64,000 nucleotides of DNA from an uncultured Chloroflexia bacterium. Lineage in GTDB: Bacteria > Chloroflexota > Limnocylindria > Limnocylindrales > CSP1-4. Below are positions 60,439 to 64,000 of the stretch, piece by piece. The position numbers were made by a program, and so were the translations under genes. How positions within the stretch are numbered: position 1 is the first letter of the stretch; each line of letters starts with the position of its first letter. The DNA is taken from NCBI GenBank assembly GCA_963768655.1, contig CAVYIM010000005.1, forward strand, positions 128,001-192,000, given 5' to 3'. The notes below the pieces were generated by a model. That model was not told where the DNA came from and searched no databases. It worked only from the letters and a program-made list of their open reading frames with translations.

Positions 60439-62043
60439 ATGTTCTCAAGCTTGCGATCGAAATCCTGGAGGGAGTCGGGCAGACCCGGCCGGCAGATGTC
60501 GGCAGGGCGACGAAGAAGGGCCCTTGAAGCGGCCGCGATACTCCTGATAACCGCCATCGTCGGGGCCTGCGCGGGCTCGAGCGTCTCGACGCCATCGAGC
60601 TCTCCGTCCCCTTCGCCGAGCCAGACCGTGAGCTCGCAGCCGAGCCAGTGGCCGACCCTGACGCCGTGGGGAGCCGAGACGCCCTGGCCGACCGCGACGC
60701 CAGCGCCGACGGACACGCCCTGGCCAACCCTCACGCCCGAACCGACGGACACGCCCCCGCCCACTGAACCGCCGGAGCCTACTCCGGTGCCGACTCCGCC
60801 GTTCAAGACCAAGTCGGGCAAGATCGAGACGGCCATGGGCAAGGCGGGACCGCTGGCTCCGGCCAAGGATGGCGGCAAGCTGGCCGCGAGCGAGATCAAC
60901 GATTTCGGCTTCGATCTCCTACGCCAGCTCGACCAGAGCGGCAACCTGTGCGTTTCTCCCACCAGCATCGCCCTTGCGTTGGCGATGGTGCGGCCCGGCG
61001 CGGAGGGTCAGACCGCGACCGAGATGGACAAGGTCCTGGGGTCGTTCGGCTCAGATGCCCAGGCGGGTGAGATCGTGGCCTTGCTGGCGGCGCTCAAGGC
61101 CGACAACTACACAGAGGAGGGCTACGACGACAACGGGAACCCGGTGTCGGCCCAGGAGGCCCGGCTGGACATCGCCAACGCCACGTTTGCCCAGCACGGC
61201 ATGACCCTCGAGCAGGCCTATCTCGACGCCCTGAGTTCCCGCTTTGCCTCGGGCATGTACCTCGTCGACTATCAGAAGGATCCTGAAGCGGCGCGCCAGG
61301 TCATCAACGACTGGGTCTACGACCACACTCAGGGCTTGATCCCGCAGCTCCTGAGCCCCGGTGATGTCGACACCAACACCCTGATCGCACTCGCCAACGC
61401 GATGTATCTCCAGGCCCATTGGGCGGACGAGTTCGATCCAGAGTCCACAAGCTCACTCCCGTTCACCCGCAGCGACGGCTCGAAGGTCTCGGTCCCAACT
61501 ATGTTGGGGTACGGCGACTGGGGCTATGCATCGGGCAAAGGCTGGCGGGCCGTCGACCTGCCCTATGCCGGGGGCACGATGTCGATGACGATCATTCTTC
61601 CCGACGACATGGCGTCATTCGTCGTGGGCCTCAACGCCGCAGAACTGGCTGCCATGTGGAAGTCGGAGAAGACCCACGCCGTCACGCTTACCATGCCGCG
61701 CTTCAAGGCGGACTCCCATATCGACCTCGCCAGCGATCTCGCGGCAATGGGCATGCCGGCGGCGTTCGACCCCAAGACTGCGGACTTCTCAGGGATCAAC
61801 GGCAACCTGCCGCAACCCATCTACATCACCAAAGTGATCCACCAGGCGACTATCGACGTGGACGAAACGGGCACGACGGCGGCAGCGGCGACGGTCGTTG
61901 AGGGCGGGATGGGCGGGGTGGAGCCTCCAATCCCGACAGTGACGTTCCACGTCAACCAGCCCTTCATCTTCCTCATCCACGACAACGCGACCGGCGCGGT
62001 TCTCTTCGCAGGCAGGATCGACGATCCGTCCGCGACCAGCTAG
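60439..62043 (+). CDS. Serpin family protein, probable lipoprotein
   Basis: NLCVSPTSI, INDWV..HTQG.I, NAMYLQAHW...F, hinge DETGTTAAAAT, FHVNQPFIFLI. Lipobox-like VGAC; RBS ggaggt. Confidence 0.93.
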   Translation: MFSSLRSKSWRESGRPGRQMSAGRRRRALEAAAILLITAIVGACAGSSVSTPSSSPSPSPSQTVSSQPSQWPTLTPWGAETPWPTATPAPTDTPWPTLTPEPTDTPPPTEPPEPTPVPTPPFKTKSGKIETAMGKAGPLAPAKDGGKLAASEINDFGFDLLRQLDQSGNLCVSPTSIALALAMVRPGAEGQTATEMDKVLGSFGSDAQAGEIVALLAALKADNYTEEGYDDNGNPVSAQEARLDIANATFAQHGMTLEQAYLDALSSRFASGMYLVDYQKDPEAARQVINDWVYDHTQGLIPQLLSPGDVDTNTLIALANAMYLQAHWADEFDPESTSSLPFTRSDGSKVSVPTMLGYGDWGYASGKGWRAVDLPYAGGTMSMTIILPDDMASFVVGLNAAELAAMWKSEKTHAVTLTMPRFKADSHIDLASDLAAMGMPAAFDPKTADFSGINGNLPQPIYITKVIHQATIDVDETGTTAAAATVVEGGMGGVEPPIPTVTFHVNQPFIFLIHDNATGAVLFAGRIDDPSATS

Positions 62044-62334
62044 CCGTCGCCGCGCTCCATGCAGCCTTCGACCGGGCCCGGGATCGCCCCCGTGGCCCGG
62101 TCGCCGCGAGTCCGCCGTCGCCGATTTCGGCTTCGGGGCTCGTCCGGCCTGGCGACTCGGGCACAACACGCACCGGACACACGGCGCTCGGTCTGACGCG
62201 GTCGATCCGGCTGGACAGGCCTCGTCACAGGAGGCGGAAGAAGAGATGGCGTAACCTACACGCACCGAGGAGCCGCCCCCGTCAGAGCCTTCCGCCAGAT
62301 CCGGGACGCGACCCTCTTCGGAGGAGGCGCTCGC

Positions 62335-62949
62335 GTGTCGCACAGCAACGCTCGCTGGTTGGCGCTAACCACGCTTGTCTTCGGCGTGACCCTCTCTGCC
62401 TGCGGAGGCTCGAGTGGCGGGTCGCCGTCAATCGCAGCCACGCCTCCAGCTACGCCGGCGGCGACGACCGCGGCGACGCACACGGCGGCCAGGGCATCGG
62501 CCACCACATCGGCCACCACAGCCCCCGTCCCGAGCCTGGAGACGACCGCCGCGCCGGCAAGTTGCCCAACGGGGGCCACGGTAGGCGCCGCCCTCGGTAT
62601 CACCCTTCCGAATCCGGTCTCGGTCAAGGGCGGCGGAGGAACGCAACTTCCAGCCGGTGCGAGTGGCGTGGCCTGCGAATACGCTGGCACGGGTCTGAAC
62701 GTGATCATCGAGCTGATCACAAACATCGATCCCTCGTCCATTTCGCTGTTCAGCAGCAAGTTCCCAGTGCCGTACACAAGCGTGTCCGGCGTGGGAGACC
62801 AGGCTCGTTCGTTCTTCGCGCCGCTGAGCGGGGGGAAGAACAACGAGGGACTCGTGGCCACGAAGGGATCGAAGCTCGTGGACATCACCGCCACCGCCAC
62901 GCCGGCGTCGCTCGCCCAGATCGAGGCCCTGGTCAAGCAGCTCCTCTAG
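62335..62949 (+). CDS. Putative lipoprotein
   Basis: RBS ggagg, lipobox LSAC, Thr/Ala linker and a domain with two Cys and VSGVGDQA. Confidence 0.82.
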   Translation: MSHSNARWLALTTLVFGVTLSACGGSSGGSPSIAATPPATPAATTAATHTAARASATTSATTAPVPSLETTAAPASCPTGATVGAALGITLPNPVSVKGGGGTQLPAGASGVACEYAGTGLNVIIELITNIDPSSISLFSSKFPVPYTSVSGVGDQARSFFAPLSGGKNNEGLVATKGSKLVDITATATPASLAQIEALVKQLL

Positions 62950-63290
62950 CCAGCGGGGCGGCAGGCGCTCGGCCTCTCGGGCCAAAGCCTCAGCCGCTGT
63001 CCTTCTGGCGCCTGGAGCGTGACTCGAACTGTTCTCGGTCCTTTCAACCGGTCGACAGCGTGAGAGTCGCCCCGCAATCGCCGGGGAGCGGCGCGCCGTT
63101 GACTGCGGACACGATGAACCAGTGGCCGTGGGCCACTGGCCGGCATGGATGAACGCCCGCGATTCGGCACGACCGAGAGGGGCGATCGCCGTGGCGATCG
63201 AGGCTTGCCCGATCGGCCCGGCCGCGTCACGATCAACGCGGTACTGCCGTCCGAAGGACCACCCGACGGTCGGACAACAAAGGGGTACAC

Positions 63291-64000
63291 ATGAGTCGCA
63301 AGGTCGAACTGGATCGGATGCCGACAGGACTTCGAAGAGGCACGCGGCTGGCTTTGACCGCCCTCGCGCTGCTCAGTCTTGCCGCCTGCGTGGCGCCATC
63401 TGCTTCATCCTCCGCCGCGCCGACCTCGGGCTCGACCGCCACGTCCGCGGCCTCGGGCACGCCGTCCACCAGCGCCACGGCATCCTCTGCGACGGCAATG
63501 CCGACGCCGACTGCCACACCCACGCCGCAGCTGACGCTGGTGGCCACGGCGTCCAACTCCCCCACCGTCCCGCAGGCTCCGGTCTGGACCGGCATTCATT
63601 GGACGGCGGGCCCGACATCGAACGGCCTTCCGGCGCCCGTCAACACGACCGATGCCGCGGGAAACACGACCTCGACCGAGACGCAGGTCTTCGGATGGAG
63701 CAAGGGCTTCGTCGTCTTCCGAGAGACGTCGGTGATGACCGCGGACGACAACTCCAAGTCGATAGCGATCGTTCCGTACGTTTCGGCCGACGGTCTGACC
63801 TGGACCAGGGGCCAGCCGCTCGACGTGAAGAACCTTGATGCGTGGGAGGTCGTGGCAGGGCTCGTCGAGGGACCGGCAGGGATCCTGGCCTACGGCCACG
63901 GCGAGCTGGCAACGTGCGGCGGGCCGACGCAATACAACACCCTGTGGCTGTCCAAGGACGGCCTGTCGTGGAGCCGGATCGACAAGAGCACCTACACGTA
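63291..64000 (+). CDS. Putative lipoprotein with Asp-box (BNR-like) repeats, 3'-truncated by the window edge
   Basis: Own translation: MSRKVELDRM...LLSLAAC lipobox, Ser/Thr/Pro linker, SADGLTW and SKDGLSW motifs. No stop before the window end, so it is absent from the ORF track. Confidence 0.82.
   Translation, partial: MSRKVELDRMPTGLRRGTRLALTALALLSLAACVAPSASSSAAPTSGSTATSAASGTPSTSATASSATAMPTPTATPTPQLTLVATASNSPTVPQAPVWTGIHWTAGPTSNGLPAPVNTTDAAGNTTSTETQVFGWSKGFVVFRETSVMTADDNSKSIAIVPYVSADGLTWTRGQPLDVKNLDAWEVVAGLVEGPAGILAYGHGELATCGGPTQYNTLWLSKDGLSWSRIDKSTYT

Overview
A very GC-rich bacterial chromosome segment of about 55 protein genes, one tRNA-Lys(CTT), no rRNA, no cas genes and no recognisable integrase or transposase. 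The gene content and style suggest a soil or freshwater Chloroflexota, perhaps Ca. Limnocylindria; this is inference only. Housekeeping and metabolic genes include a GH130 phosphorylase, meaB with a B12-binding subunit, folE, gltBD, lhgO, lepB, ada, trxA, a MoxR/DUF58 operon and an ABC exporter. Signalling genes include a PAS-GGDEF cyclase, a ~1,900-aa PAS/GAF hybrid kinase and two ECF sigma/anti-sigma pairs, and there are many secreted Pro/Thr-rich proteins. The best candidate for an undescribed system is a 62-67-bp repeat family with a near-invariant 30-bp core. It forms one array just upstream of an XRE-HTH plus nuclease-like gene (37.1 kb) and a second, orphan array 19 kb away (17.7 kb). 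Other leads are a twin-hairpin sRNA candidate with identical C-rich loops, two J-domain proteins sharing an FG(R/K)-motif C-terminal domain, a widespread leaderless promoter signature, a hidden 8-Cys mini-protein and a QPGQ-repeat secreted protein. Seven genes carry small frameshifts that most likely reflect read or assembly errors. All product calls come from motif recognition by eye; no database searches were run.
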